DNA of 16,306 nt from an uncultured Clostridia bacterium (GTDB taxonomy: Bacteria > Bacillota > Clostridia > UBA1381), in NCBI GenBank assembly GCA_910578235.1, contig CAJTPP010000001.1:68974-85279 (forward strand). Reading direction: 5' to 3'. Position 1 is the first letter of the stretch; each line of letters opens with the position of its first letter. Position numbers and translations under genes: made by a program. The notes below the pieces were generated by a model, which had not been told where the DNA came from, did no database searches, and saw nothing but the letters and a program-made list of their open reading frames with translations. Of the stretch, positions 7,462 through 16,086 are shown piece by piece.

Positions 7462-8271
7462 CTATTCCGGAATAAGTCTTGGTTTCTGCATATTTCTCTT
7501 ATCCTTAGCACAGATTTTGTCAACAACTTCATATTCTCTGGCCGTCAATTCAACCCATGCGGGACGAAATCCACATTTTACAGCATTACGCTCAGATTTT
7601 ATATTTGACCATGCAGCACAATAAAAAGGTACTTTGCCTAAATCAATAATTTCGCAAGCCAGATTGCTTGTCAGAGCTGACGCAATTCCTTTTTGCCTGT
7701 ATTCGGGTAATACATCAATTCCTATTTGGTACATACTTTCACAATCAGCCGAACAAGCTGCTAATCCAACAAGTTTATCTTTATCGTATGCTCCAACTCC
7801 CAGAATATCAAATTCCTTTCTTTCAGCACAAAGCGCATTACTCCATTCAGGCTTGTATAATTTTTCAAAATCATGCTTATATAGAAGTTTTACGTCATAA
7901 TCACATGTAAGGCGTTTGATTTTTGTAATATCAGGCAAAAAATATTTAGCCATAAAGCATATTTTAAGCCCAAAGATATTTAATTTTTCGTTCAATAGAT
8001 ATATATTAGGAGTTTCAAAACAACGATAGGCAGGATATTTTTCTATAAATTCTATTACTGCCGTTTTTGTGCGTTCACTAACTTGAGCAACAATATTATT
8101 GCCATAGGATACCAAGTCGCATTCATACGGCAAATGAAGATAACTTCTTGCTTTACTATTTCTTTTAGAAATAGTAACTACATTATTATTCCGTAAAAAA
8201 TCCTCTGCCTGACAATTGCAGTCATATGCGGATTGCTTTAATGCAATATCGAAAATTTCTTCATTATTCAT
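7462..8271 (-). CDS. GNAT family N-acetyltransferase, two-domain (unassigned N-terminal half + C-terminal GNAT fold)
   Basis: The acetyl-CoA binding motif A, IGIDVLPEYRQKGIASALTSNL (Q/RxxGxA), is followed by NIKSERNAVKCGF. ATG 8271 lies 6 nt after the folD stop, with a weak AAAGG inside the folD 3' end. Confidence 0.85.
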   Translation of the reverse strand: MNNEEIFDIALKQSAYDCNCQAEDFLRNNNVVTISKRNSKARSYLHLPYECDLVSYGNNIVAQVSERTKTAVIEFIEKYPAYRCFETPNIYLLNEKLNIFGLKICFMAKYFLPDITKIKRLTCDYDVKLLYKHDFEKLYKPEWSNALCAERKEFDILGVGAYDKDKLVGLAACSADCESMYQIGIDVLPEYRQKGIASALTSNLACEIIDLGKVPFYCAAWSNIKSERNAVKCGFRPAWVELTAREYEVVDKICAKDKRNMQKPRLIPE

Positions 8272-8277
8272 CTATTG

Positions 8278-9132
8278 TTACCTTTTAGTTTGATTAACCA
8301 TCGCTGCTTTAACAGTGTTTTTCATAAGCATCGCTATTGTCATAGGGCCGACTCCACCCGGTACAGGTGTAATCGCAGCAGCAATTTTTTCAGCGCTTTC
8401 AAAATCTACATCTCCGCATAATTTCTTGTTTTCAAGTCTGTTTATACCTACGTCTATAACAACAGCGCCTTCCTTTATCATATCACCATTAATAAAATTA
8501 GGTATTCCGACAGCCGCTATAAGTATGTCAGCCTGTTTCGTTTTATCGGCAAGATTTTTTGTTTTTGAATGACATATTGTCACTGTTCCGTTCTGGTGAA
8601 GTAAAAGCATAGCTTGCGGTTTACCTACTATATTACTTCGTCCCACAACAACGCATTCCTTTCCTCTTATATCTATGCCTGCTTCCTTAATAAGCTCCAT
8701 AACTCCCGCCGGAGTGCATGGAACAAAGTCATAATTCCCGACCATAATTTTACCCACATTAATAGGATGAAATGCGTCAACGTCTTTTTCAGGAATAATT
8801 GCATTAATAACCGTTTTTTCATCAATATGTTTAGGCAACGGAAGCTGGACCAATATACCGGAAATACTTCCCTTTTTATTAAGCATATCTATAAGCGCGA
8901 GTAATTCTTCCTGTGTTGTATCTTCAGAAAGAGCGTATTTTTCAGAATAAATAGCGCATTCTTCACAGGCACGCTCCTTATTTCGCACATAAACCTGACT
9001 TGCGGGATCTTCACCTACTATGATTACGGCTAACCCCGGATTTATTCCTTTTTTCTTTAACTCTTCTACTTCTGTTCTCAGCTCTGACTTTATTCTTGCT
9101 GATACTTCTTTTCCCATTAACAGCTTTGCCAT
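8278..9132 (-). CDS. folD: Bifunctional 5,10-methylene-tetrahydrofolate dehydrogenase / 5,10-methenyl-tetrahydrofolate cyclohydrolase
   Basis: The FolD pattern runs full length: [91 protein letters not shown] (9140-9145) is 7 nt from ATG 9132 (MAKLL..) but only 1 nt from the ORF-track ATG at 9138, so 9132 is preferred. Confidence 0.95.
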   Translation of the reverse strand: MAKLLMGKEVSARIKSELRTEVEELKKKGINPGLAVIIVGEDPASQVYVRNKERACEECAIYSEKYALSEDTTQEELLALIDMLNKKGSISGILVQLPLPKHIDEKTVINAIIPEKDVDAFHPINVGKIMVGNYDFVPCTPAGVMELIKEAGIDIRGKECVVVGRSNIVGKPQAMLLLHQNGTVTICHSKTKNLADKTKQADILIAAVGIPNFINGDMIKEGAVVIDVGINRLENKKLCGDVDFESAEKIAAAITPVPGGVGPMTIAMLMKNTVKAAMVNQTKR

Positions 9133-10981
9133 ATTCATTCCTCCTTGTATTGCTTGGATTGTCTGATATAATATCGCCTTTAGGCGGTCTTATAAGACAT
9201 CTGCTTTGATAACCGATTAAATCTGTTCGTCCGGCTTTATTCAATGCTTCATACACTAATTTATAATTGTCCGGATTTTTGTACTGCAAGAGTGCCCTCT
9301 GCATTGCCTTTTCGTGTGCACCTTTTGGAACATATACTTTTTTCATAGTAAACGGATCTATTTCTGTGTAAAACATACAGGTTGAAATTGTTCCCGGTGT
9401 TGGATAAAAATCCTGCACCTGCTGAGGATTTATATTTTGCTCATGCAGATATATCGCTAATTGTATAGCGTCACGAAGAGTGCTTCCGGGATGACTTGAC
9501 ATAAGATATGGTACAAGATATTGTTTTTTACCTATTCTTTTGTTAATTTGATAGAATTTATCCGAAAATTTATTAAAAACCTTATTTTCAGGTTTTCCCA
9601 TATATTTAAGCACATTATCACTAATATGCTCAGGAGCAACTTTAAGCTGACCGCTTATATGATACTTGCACAATTCATTAAAAAAAGTATCATCTTTATC
9701 ATTTATGAGATAGTCAAACCTTATTCCCGAGCGTATAAATACTTTTTTTACACCTTCAAGATTTCTTAATTTGCGAAGCAAATTAAGGTATTTTTTATGT
9801 GAAATATCCATATTATTACAAGGCTTTGGATATAAACATTGCCTATCTTTACACGCTCCTGAGACAAGCTGCTTGTTACATGCAGGTCCTCTGAAATTTG
9901 CAGTAGGCCCTCCGACATCGTGTATGTACCCTTTAAAATCAGGCAGTTTAATCATTTCCTGAGCTTCTTCTAAAAGTGATTTATCGCTTCGTGATGTTAC
10001 TATACGTCCCTGATGAAAAGCCAAAGCACAGAAATTACAACTGCCAAAACAACCGCGATTTGCCGCAAGCGAAAATTTCACCTCAGAAATAGCAGGAATA
10101 CCCCCATCCTTTATATACATAGGATGATAATCCTTTACATACGGTAATGCGTAAACATCATCAAGTTCATTTGTATTTAAAGGAAGCATTGGAGGATTTT
10201 GTATTAAATATCTGTTGCCATGCTTTTGTACAAGCGTTTTGCCTGTATACGGATTTTGCTCATAATACTGAAGCCTGCATGCAACCGCATATTGTTCCTT
10301 ACTCTCAATACATTCCTCGCAACTCGGAATAATTACTGTATTTCTTTCATCATACTCTGATACAATATAGCATGTCCCTGCTATATCATTAATTTTATTT
10401 ACATCTTCCCCATTGCGTAACCGATCTGCTATAGCAACAATCTGTTTCTCACCCATGCCATACATAAGAAGATTGGCTCTTGAGTCAAACAGTATTGAAC
10501 GCCGTATTTTATTATCCCAGTAATCATAATGAGCGAATCGTCTTAGACTTGCCTCTACTCCACCTATAAGGATAGGCATTTCTGAGCCAAACGCTTCTCT
10601 TATGCGATTGCAGTACACAATTGTTGCTCTGTCAGGACGCATACCTGCTTTACCTCCGGGAGCATACATATCATCATGTCTGCGTTTTTTCGCGGCAGTG
10701 TAGTGGTTTACCATACTGTCAATATTTCCCGCTGATACAAGAACAGCAAGCTTCGGTTTCCCCATGCGTATAAAATCATCAATTTTGCGCCAGTCAGGCA
10801 GAGCGACAATCCCTACTTTATATCCATGATTTTCAAGAACCCGTGATATTATGGCGTGTCCAAAGCTCGGATGATCGACATATGCGTCGCCTGTTATATA
10901 CAAAAAGTCAAGCTGTTTCCATCCTCTCTTTACCATATCTTCCCTGCATACAGGCAGAAAATCATTCTTCTCTATATTCAT
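9011..10981 (-). CDS. ygiQ: YgiQ-family (UPF0313) radical SAM protein with a basic C-terminal tail
   Basis: The N-terminus [34 protein letters not shown] is characteristic of the YgiQ family. The radical SAM cluster motif CFGSCNFC (CxxxCxxC) is at nt 10028-10051. GGAGG (10991-10995) lies 9 nt upstream of ATG 10981 (MNIEK..) but abuts the ORF-track ATG at 10990, so 10981 is preferred. The stop at 9011-9013 lies 122 nt inside folD. Confidence 0.9.
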   Translation of the reverse strand: MNIEKNDFLPVCREDMVKRGWKQLDFLYITGDAYVDHPSFGHAIISRVLENHGYKVGIVALPDWRKIDDFIRMGKPKLAVLVSAGNIDSMVNHYTAAKKRRHDDMYAPGGKAGMRPDRATIVYCNRIREAFGSEMPILIGGVEASLRRFAHYDYWDNKIRRSILFDSRANLLMYGMGEKQIVAIADRLRNGEDVNKINDIAGTCYIVSEYDERNTVIIPSCEECIESKEQYAVACRLQYYEQNPYTGKTLVQKHGNRYLIQNPPMLPLNTNELDDVYALPYVKDYHPMYIKDGGIPAISEVKFSLAANRGCFGSCNFCALAFHQGRIVTSRSDKSLLEEAQEMIKLPDFKGYIHDVGGPTANFRGPACNKQLVSGACKDRQCLYPKPCNNMDISHKKYLNLLRKLRNLEGVKKVFIRSGIRFDYLINDKDDTFFNELCKYHISGQLKVAPEHISDNVLKYMGKPENKVFNKFSDKFYQINKRIGKKQYLVPYLMSSHPGSTLRDAIQLAIYLHEQNINPQQVQDFYPTPGTISTCMFYTEIDPFTMKKVYVPKGAHEKAMQRALLQYKNPDNYKLVYEALNKAGRTDLIGYQSRCLIRPPKGDIISDNPSNTRRNEYGKAVNGKRSISKNKVRAENRSRRVKEKRNKSGVSRNHSR

Positions 10982-13412
10982 CAGCCTCATCCTCCGCCAT
11001 GCTCAAATCTGCTCGGCTAACAAGCACATCTCTCGGTTTTGAACCATTTGCCCCTGAAATGATGCCTCTGGCTTCCATCTGATCTATAATCCTTCCGGCA
11101 CGAGAATAACCTACGCTTAATCGTCTCTGTATACTTGATGTTGAAATTTTACCCTGATTAAGCGCAAGCTCAATCGCTTCCGGTAAAAGCTCATCACCAT
11201 CTTCCTCAACATCAGGCGTAACACCATTCTCACCTGTTGCATGACGCTCTATTTCTTCGGCAAGATCATCACTGTAATGTGTTTCGCCTACGTTTTCCTT
11301 TATAAATTCAAGAACCTTTTCTATTTCCGAATCATCTACAAATGCACCCTGTACTCGTGTCGATGCCCTTGCTCCTGAAGGATGGTACAGCATATCACCA
11401 CGTCCCAGAAGTTTTTCTGCTCCTCCTTTATCAAGTATGGTGCGGCTGTCTACCTGACTTGATACAGCAAAAGCTATCCTTGAAGGAACATTTGCCTTAA
11501 TAAGACCGGTTATAACATCTACCGACGGTCTTTGTGTGGCTATAATCAAGTAAATACCTGCAGCTCTTGCAAGCTGCGTCAGACGGACAATATAATCTTC
11601 AACTTCTTTAGCAGCTACCATCATTAAATCAGCAAGCTCGTCAATAATAACAACAAGCTGCGGTATTTTTTCCTCTCCCCTGCTATCCATCAGCTTATTA
11701 TATGATTCAAGCTTGCGGACACCCGTATCCTTGAACAATTCGTACCTGCGCATCATTTCAGTAACAGCCCAATTAAGCGCCCCCGCAGCTTTTTTAGGCT
11801 CTGTTACAACTGGCACAAGCAAATGGGGTATTCCGTTATATACCCCAAGCTCAACGACTTTTGGATCTATCATGATCATTTTAATATCTTCAGGAGAAGC
11901 TTTATACAAAATGCTCATAATCATTGTATTTATGCATACACTTTTACCTGAACCGGTAGCTCCGGCGATGAGCAAATGAGGCATTTTGGCGATATCACCT
12001 ACAACAACATTGCCACCTATATCTTTTCCCAAAGCGACTGTCAATTTTGATTTCGCACTTTTGAATTCGTTTGACTCAAGTATTTCCCTTATCGATACAG
12101 CGCTCACTTTATTATTCGGTATTTCGATACCTACAGCGGCTTTTCCGGGAACTGCCGCCACAAGAACAGTTGACACGGCAAGATTAAGCGCAATATCATC
12201 TGCAAGCCCTACTATCTTAGACAGTTTTACGCCAGTATCAGGTTGTATTTCATATCTCGTGACTGCCGGTCCTTGTGTAACTTGCATAAGCTTAGCTTTA
12301 ACTCCGAAATCATCCAATACGGAAATAAGTTTTTCGGCAGTTCGGCGCATTTCTTCCCGCTTATCACCTGAAACATTCTTAGGCTTATTAAGCAATGACA
12401 GCTTTGGATATACATACTCAATGACAGGTTTTTCTATTGCCTTATTAAACTCCTCATTATATGCGTCTTTTTCTGCCTGCGATATTTTCCCGGTTTTCTC
12501 AGCACTTTCAGCTTTTTTTTCTTCCTCTTGCATAGTGTCATCTGATACCAATATATCCTGATGTACAGTATCAGAACTTACTTCTGTATTGGCAGCAGCG
12601 TTGATTTCGGGCATATCACCAAAAATATCATCTATACCATTGGAAAATTCTTCTTTTTTTGTCTCTTTCGCTTGTGAGGAAGATTTTTTCTTTTTATTCT
12701 GTATATCATTCTTTTTGTCTGACTGTATATCTGACGCAAAAGAATTTGCCGCGTTAAGTATGTCTTCCGTATCTTCTGTATTGTACGTATATTCTTCTTT
12801 TTCCAATATACGTTGCCCGTAATCTTCTCTTAATTCATCATATTTGTTCCGTGCCCCTGTTGCCGCTCCTTTTATCAGCTTTGCGATTTCCGAAAAAATA
12901 GATATATTAGTTATTAAGCTGGCAAGAACAATAAGCGTGAGCGATAAAATTATGTATGAAGCAATGGTCTGTACCATATTGACAAAAAGTACAGATACGC
13001 AGCCTCCCAGCAATCCTCCGCCGCTGTAATCTGTATGCCCCAAATACATTGACATGGCAATATCATTATTACCGCTTGCAAGATTTATAAGAGCGCTTAT
13101 ATTAATAAGTATAAGCAAAATATATGTAGTCTTTTTCCAGAAACCTTCTATGTTTTTTGTTTTTACAAGATATGCTGTAAGTCCCGCCGTAATAACAGGT
13201 ACAAAAAAACCACAAATTCCAAACAAACCGCAAAACACGGTTTTTATCCCTTTATTTATTATTCCGCCCTCTCCATAATCAATATACATAAATACCGAAA
13301 ATAACAGAGTCAACATAATCATGGTGATAATATATGACGGCAGATAGTTTTTCTTTTGCGTATTCTTTTTTTTGCTGCTTTTTCCTGATGCTGATTTCTT
13401 TTTATTAGCCAT
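10962..13412 (-). CDS. ftsK: FtsK/SpoIIIE family DNA translocase (N-terminal membrane anchor, charged linker, motor, gamma winged-helix domain)
   Basis: Four N-terminal hydrophobic helices are followed by a K/E/D/S-rich linker. Walker A GATGSGKS is at nt 11940-11963, with [10 protein letters not shown] as Walker B. The motor region contains [27 protein letters not shown]. The C-terminal gamma domain is [27 protein letters not shown] cannot distinguish FtsK from SpoIIIE. Confidence 0.95.
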   Translation of the reverse strand: MANKKKSASGKSSKKKNTQKKNYLPSYIITMIMLTLLFSVFMYIDYGEGGIINKGIKTVFCGLFGICGFFVPVITAGLTAYLVKTKNIEGFWKKTTYILLILINISALINLASGNNDIAMSMYLGHTDYSGGGLLGGCVSVLFVNMVQTIASYIILSLTLIVLASLITNISIFSEIAKLIKGAATGARNKYDELREDYGQRILEKEEYTYNTEDTEDILNAANSFASDIQSDKKNDIQNKKKKSSSQAKETKKEEFSNGIDDIFGDMPEINAAANTEVSSDTVHQDILVSDDTMQEEEKKAESAEKTGKISQAEKDAYNEEFNKAIEKPVIEYVYPKLSLLNKPKNVSGDKREEMRRTAEKLISVLDDFGVKAKLMQVTQGPAVTRYEIQPDTGVKLSKIVGLADDIALNLAVSTVLVAAVPGKAAVGIEIPNNKVSAVSIREILESNEFKSAKSKLTVALGKDIGGNVVVGDIAKMPHLLIAGATGSGKSVCINTMIMSILYKASPEDIKMIMIDPKVVELGVYNGIPHLLVPVVTEPKKAAGALNWAVTEMMRRYELFKDTGVRKLESYNKLMDSRGEEKIPQLVVIIDELADLMMVAAKEVEDYIVRLTQLARAAGIYLIIATQRPSVDVITGLIKANVPSRIAFAVSSQVDSRTILDKGGAEKLLGRGDMLYHPSGARASTRVQGAFVDDSEIEKVLEFIKENVGETHYSDDLAEEIERHATGENGVTPDVEEDGDELLPEAIELALNQGKISTSSIQRRLSVGYSRAGRIIDQMEARGIISGANGSKPRDVLVSRADLSMAEDEADEYREE

Positions 13413-13444
13413 AAAACCTTGCCTTTCTTCTGTATATAACAGTT

Positions 13445-13468
13445 ATTTTATATGTCAGCATATAAAAT
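13445..13468. other. Perfect 24-nt palindromic hairpin between the spoIVFB-like gene and ftsK
   Basis: ATTTTATATG (13445-13454), loop TCAG, then CATATAAAAT (13459-13468). The stem is 10 bp with no mismatch and is AT-rich, and no clear T-tract follows on the minus strand. It lies 33 nt upstream of the ftsK ATG. Confidence 0.3.
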
Positions 13469-13519
13469 GCATTATTAATTAAGTATACCATAAATAAAAC
13501 AAAATTTCTATAAATGTTA

Positions 13520-14344
13520 TCAAACTGTAATATTTGTATTTATAATTTCTTCCATTATCTGATTTTCCGACATAATATCCACTATCTTTCCTGTTTTATT
13601 TATTATATATACAATGCTGTAACTATGCATATCAAAATCATTTGCAATTTCCAGATAACTGTTGTTCTCGTCTGCGATAATATGTTTTACTTTATTTTTT
13701 TTCTTTTTATCATGAAACATAAGCTCTTTTACAAAATCAACATTGTATTTTTCATGCTGAGTAAACATATTTCCAAGCATTAGAAGCGCAAATAAAAGTA
13801 TAGAAAAATTCATCTTTGTCAGATAAATAACATATATTCCCAGAGCTGCAACCGCAGCTGTAATTACGACGGATATTGCTGACATTATATATTTTGCTTT
13901 TCTGCTGCCGAAACGGTACATAAGAAACTTTTTTAGTATTATACCTCCGTCCAGCGGAAGTGCCGGAAGCATGTTCATTATAAAAAGCATTATATTGCAT
14001 ATATAAAAAAATCGTAACATTTCAGATTGATTATATTTATATATAACCGCTGACACAAATGCGGTAAATATATTAAACAAAGGCCCGCTTATATACAGGA
14101 TAATTTCATCCGCAAGTGAGTAAACCATTTTATTTTTTAGTGAGAGATTTACTCCAAAAGGATGAAGTGTTATATGAGAAACCTTCAAGCCTATTGCTAT
14201 TGCAGCCATCATATGTGCCGTTTCGTGACACAGCATTACTAAATATGTAATAGAAAACGTTTGCCAGTATCCTGACAAAAAGCAAAAAACAAACAGAGCT
14301 GCCGTAAGTATATTGATACGCAAATATTTTGTGATTTTTATCAC
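13520..14344 (-). CDS. spoIVFB: M50 family site-2 metalloprotease, SpoIVFB-like (membrane domain + C-terminal CBS-like domain)
   Basis: GTG start at 14344, with GGGGAGGTG (14351-14359) 6 nt upstream. HETAH (HExxH) is at nt 14213-14227 inside a TM helix, and the second zinc/active-site motif is NMLPALPLDGG. Six or so hydrophobic segments are followed by a ~70-aa soluble tail. Size and layout match B. subtilis SpoIVFB, but orthology is not proven. Confidence 0.75.
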   Translation of the reverse strand: MIKITKYLRINILTAALFVFCFLSGYWQTFSITYLVMLCHETAHMMAAIAIGLKVSHITLHPFGVNLSLKNKMVYSLADEIILYISGPLFNIFTAFVSAVIYKYNQSEMLRFFYICNIMLFIMNMLPALPLDGGIILKKFLMYRFGSRKAKYIMSAISVVITAAVAALGIYVIYLTKMNFSILLFALLMLGNMFTQHEKYNVDFVKELMFHDKKKKNKVKHIIADENNSYLEIANDFDMHSYSIVYIINKTGKIVDIMSENQIMEEIINTNITV

Positions 14345-14384
14345 AATTCACACCTCCCCTTTTAATTATATGTATATAACAAGA

Positions 14385-14416
14385 AAAGCAGTACACGCTG
14401 TTTCGCATACTGCTTT
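14385..14416 (-). terminator. Rho-independent terminator of the aminopeptidase gene
   Basis: A 9-bp stem pairs AAAGCAGTA (14385-14393) with TACTGCTTT (14408-14416) around a 14-nt loop. On the minus strand it is followed by TTCTTGTT. It begins 14 nt after the stop. Confidence 0.55.
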
Positions 14417-14429
14417 AAAAACTTTTATA

Positions 14430-15836
14430 TTATCTGTTATTATAGAACGCAACGTATGATTTGTACGCCATATATATATCACTCTTTGCCGTAACCTCAA
14501 ACGGCGAGTGCATTGACAACACAGGAACTCCACAGTCAATGACATCCATATTTAAATTGGCCACGTACTGAGCTATAGTACCTCCGCCTCCTTGATCTAC
14601 CTTTCCAAGCTCGCTTGTTTGCCATACAACGCCATGTTCGTCAAGAATTTTTCCTACTTCATATACAAATTCCGCCGAAGCGTCAGACGACTCTGATTTA
14701 CCCCTCGCTCCAGTGTATTTCATCAGAACCATTCCATAGCCCGCCAATGCGGCGTTACGTTTTTCATATACACTTTCGTAATTAGGATCAACCGCGGCGC
14801 CTACATCTGATGATAAGCACGCTGAATTTACAATAACGGAATTATAATCTGTAATACTAAAATTACCTACTGTTTTCTCTATAATTTCAGCAAGAGTCAT
14901 TTCAAAAAACGCGCTGAGCATACCGGTATTTCCTGTCGAGCCTATCTCCTCTTTATCTACCAGAAGTGCCATTGCAGTCTTTTTTGGATTTTGTAAATCA
15001 AATATTCCTTTTAAAGTAGTAAACGCGCATACTCTGTCATCCTGTCCGTACGCGCCGATAAAGCTTTCATCCAAACCGACATTCCTTGCCTTAAAAGCGG
15101 GTACAATTTCAATTTCCGCGCTTAAAAAATCTTTTTCTGTGATACCGTATTTTTCATTTAACATTTTTAGTATTGAAAATTTGACTTTTTCTCTTATTTC
15201 CCTGTCTCCGAAAGGCATACCGCCAAACAATATATTGAGATTTTCTCCTTCAATACCGTCGGTCATTTTTTTTGTCATCTGATCTTTAGCCAAATGAGGA
15301 AGAAGATCTGTAATACAGAACACAGGATCTGCCTCATTTTCACCTATATTTAAAATAACCTTATGTCCGTCTTTTGTAAATATGACGCCATGAAGCGAAA
15401 GCGGTATAGCTGTCCACTGATATTTTTTTATGCCGCCGTAATAGTGAGTTTTCAGAAATGCCATATCATTGCTTTCATAAAGCGGATTTTGCTTTAAATC
15501 CAATCTTGGAGAATCAATATGAGCGCCTACAAGATTAACGCCTGATTTTATTTCCTCACTTCCGATCACTGCAAGTATAATGTTTTTATTTCTGTTTATC
15601 TTATAGACCTTATCTCCCGTCTTTAGTTTAGAAACTGTATTTATATCTGAAAAGCCATGCAGCCGCGCCATTTCGACTGATTTCTCAACACATTCTCTTT
15701 CTGTTTTTCCGGCGTCAAGAAAATCTCTGTATTCATCACATAACTCCAGCATTTCCTTTTTTTCACTGTCTGTCATGTGCTCATAAGCATTTTTTCTCGA
15801 ATATGATAATTCCTCAAACAATTCTTTATCTGTCAT
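14430..15836 (-). CDS. apeA: M18 family aminopeptidase (aminopeptidase 1 type)
   Basis: GGAGGT lies 9 nt upstream of ATG 15836. The M18 signature is VGAHIDSPRLDLKQNP. Downstream metal-ligand regions are DDRVCAF, VDKEEIGSTG, SSDV and SMHSP. The length (468 aa) is typical of clostridial aminopeptidase 1 proteins. Confidence 0.9.
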   Translation of the reverse strand: MTDKELFEELSYSRKNAYEHMTDSEKKEMLELCDEYRDFLDAGKTERECVEKSVEMARLHGFSDINTVSKLKTGDKVYKINRNKNIILAVIGSEEIKSGVNLVGAHIDSPRLDLKQNPLYESNDMAFLKTHYYGGIKKYQWTAIPLSLHGVIFTKDGHKVILNIGENEADPVFCITDLLPHLAKDQMTKKMTDGIEGENLNILFGGMPFGDREIREKVKFSILKMLNEKYGITEKDFLSAEIEIVPAFKARNVGLDESFIGAYGQDDRVCAFTTLKGIFDLQNPKKTAMALLVDKEEIGSTGNTGMLSAFFEMTLAEIIEKTVGNFSITDYNSVIVNSACLSSDVGAAVDPNYESVYEKRNAALAGYGMVLMKYTGARGKSESSDASAEFVYEVGKILDEHGVVWQTSELGKVDQGGGGTIAQYVANLNMDVIDCGVPVLSMHSPFEVTAKSDIYMAYKSYVAFYNNR

Positions 15837-15908
15837 ATAATTTTACCTCCGTTTGTTATTATTAACATAATTATAGCACAAATACATAAATTTTTATCAG
15901 CTTTTATT

Positions 15909-15936
15909 ATTATACCATATATATACAAATTTTCAA
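15909..15936 (-). promoter_or_regulatory. Candidate sigma-A promoter for the aminopeptidase gene
   Basis: On the minus strand: TTGAAA (15931-15936), a 16-nt spacer, then TGgTATAAT (15909-15917). A second extended -10, TGcTATAAT (15870-15878) with a poor -35, lies closer to the gene. I cannot tell which is used. Confidence 0.45.
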
Positions 15937-16051
15937 TATGTCTGATTAAATTTGTGTATATCTTCTTTACAAGTTTTAACGTATTTAAACATACTTTATG
16001 CGCTATATTGTAAAATTCGTCCACAATTTACACAAAGTTACTCGATTTTGA

Positions 16052-16080
16052 TTGATAAATTTATAACAGTGTGGTATAAT
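16052..16080 (+). promoter_or_regulatory. Sigma-A promoter for ogg, placed so that transcription should start at the ATG
   Basis: TTGATA (16052-16057), a 17-nt spacer, then TATAAT (16075-16080), with an extended -10 TG (TGgTATAAT, 16072-16080). Position +1, expected ~7 nt after the hexamer, coincides with the A of ATG 16087. Confidence 0.55.
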
Positions 16081-16086
16081 ATGCCT

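Noticed and set aside
7424-7624. A 66-aa plus-strand ORF starting in the GNAT/LRR intergenic region, with a hydrophobic stretch. The 60-aa ORF at 5218..5400 is similar.
   Set aside because: The first is antisense to the GNAT 3' end and runs through the minus-strand promoter and terminator. The second overlaps the transporter 3' end and runs through the terminator hairpin. Neither has an SD.
5510-8271. GNAT + CHAP-LRR as a toxin/immunity or effector/modifier pair.
   Set aside because: The GNAT is translationally tied to folD upstream and is separated from the LRR gene by a hairpin and an independent promoter. It is cytoplasmic, with no signal peptide, and is much larger than TA-type GNAT toxins. 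Nothing in the sequence links the two functionally.
140-10990. ORF-track start codons GTG 140, TTG 3774, ATG 9138 and ATG 10990.
   Set aside because: At 140 the frame is open to the window edge, so the gene is partial. TTG 3774 has no properly spaced SD, and the NSS N-terminus fits ATG 3792. ATG 9138 and ATG 10990 sit 1 nt or less from their GGAGG boxes, whereas ATG 9132 and ATG 10981 have 7-9 nt spacing.
11713-13278. A chain of plus-strand ORFs antisense to ftsK, including a 191-aa ORF (11986..12561, TTG start).
   Set aside because: The sense frame carries unambiguous FtsK motifs over the same nucleotides. The antisense products are S/T/A/I/L/F-rich mirror translations of a GAA/AAA-rich gene. 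I saw no promoter or credible RBS, so I have no grounds to call an overlapping gene.
14365-14372. CATATAAT upstream of the spoIVFB-like gene as a sigma-E type -10 (consensus roughly CATACA-T).
   Set aside because: It has one mismatch and no ATATT-like -35 at the right distance, because that position falls in the terminator stem. The implied start site would also remove the Shine-Dalgarno sequence.
15833-16024. A 63-codon minus-strand ORF in the AT-rich divergent promoter region, whose TGA overlaps the aminopeptidase ATG (ATATGA). An open frame this long is unexpected in such AT-rich DNA.
   Set aside because: Its only possible start is a GTG with no SD, and there is no internal ATG near the 5' end. 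Both candidate aminopeptidase promoters (15909-15936, 15870-15878) lie inside it, so most of it would not be on that mRNA. The product is an I/K/N/L/Y-rich translation of AT-rich DNA. Ribo-seq would be needed to revive it.
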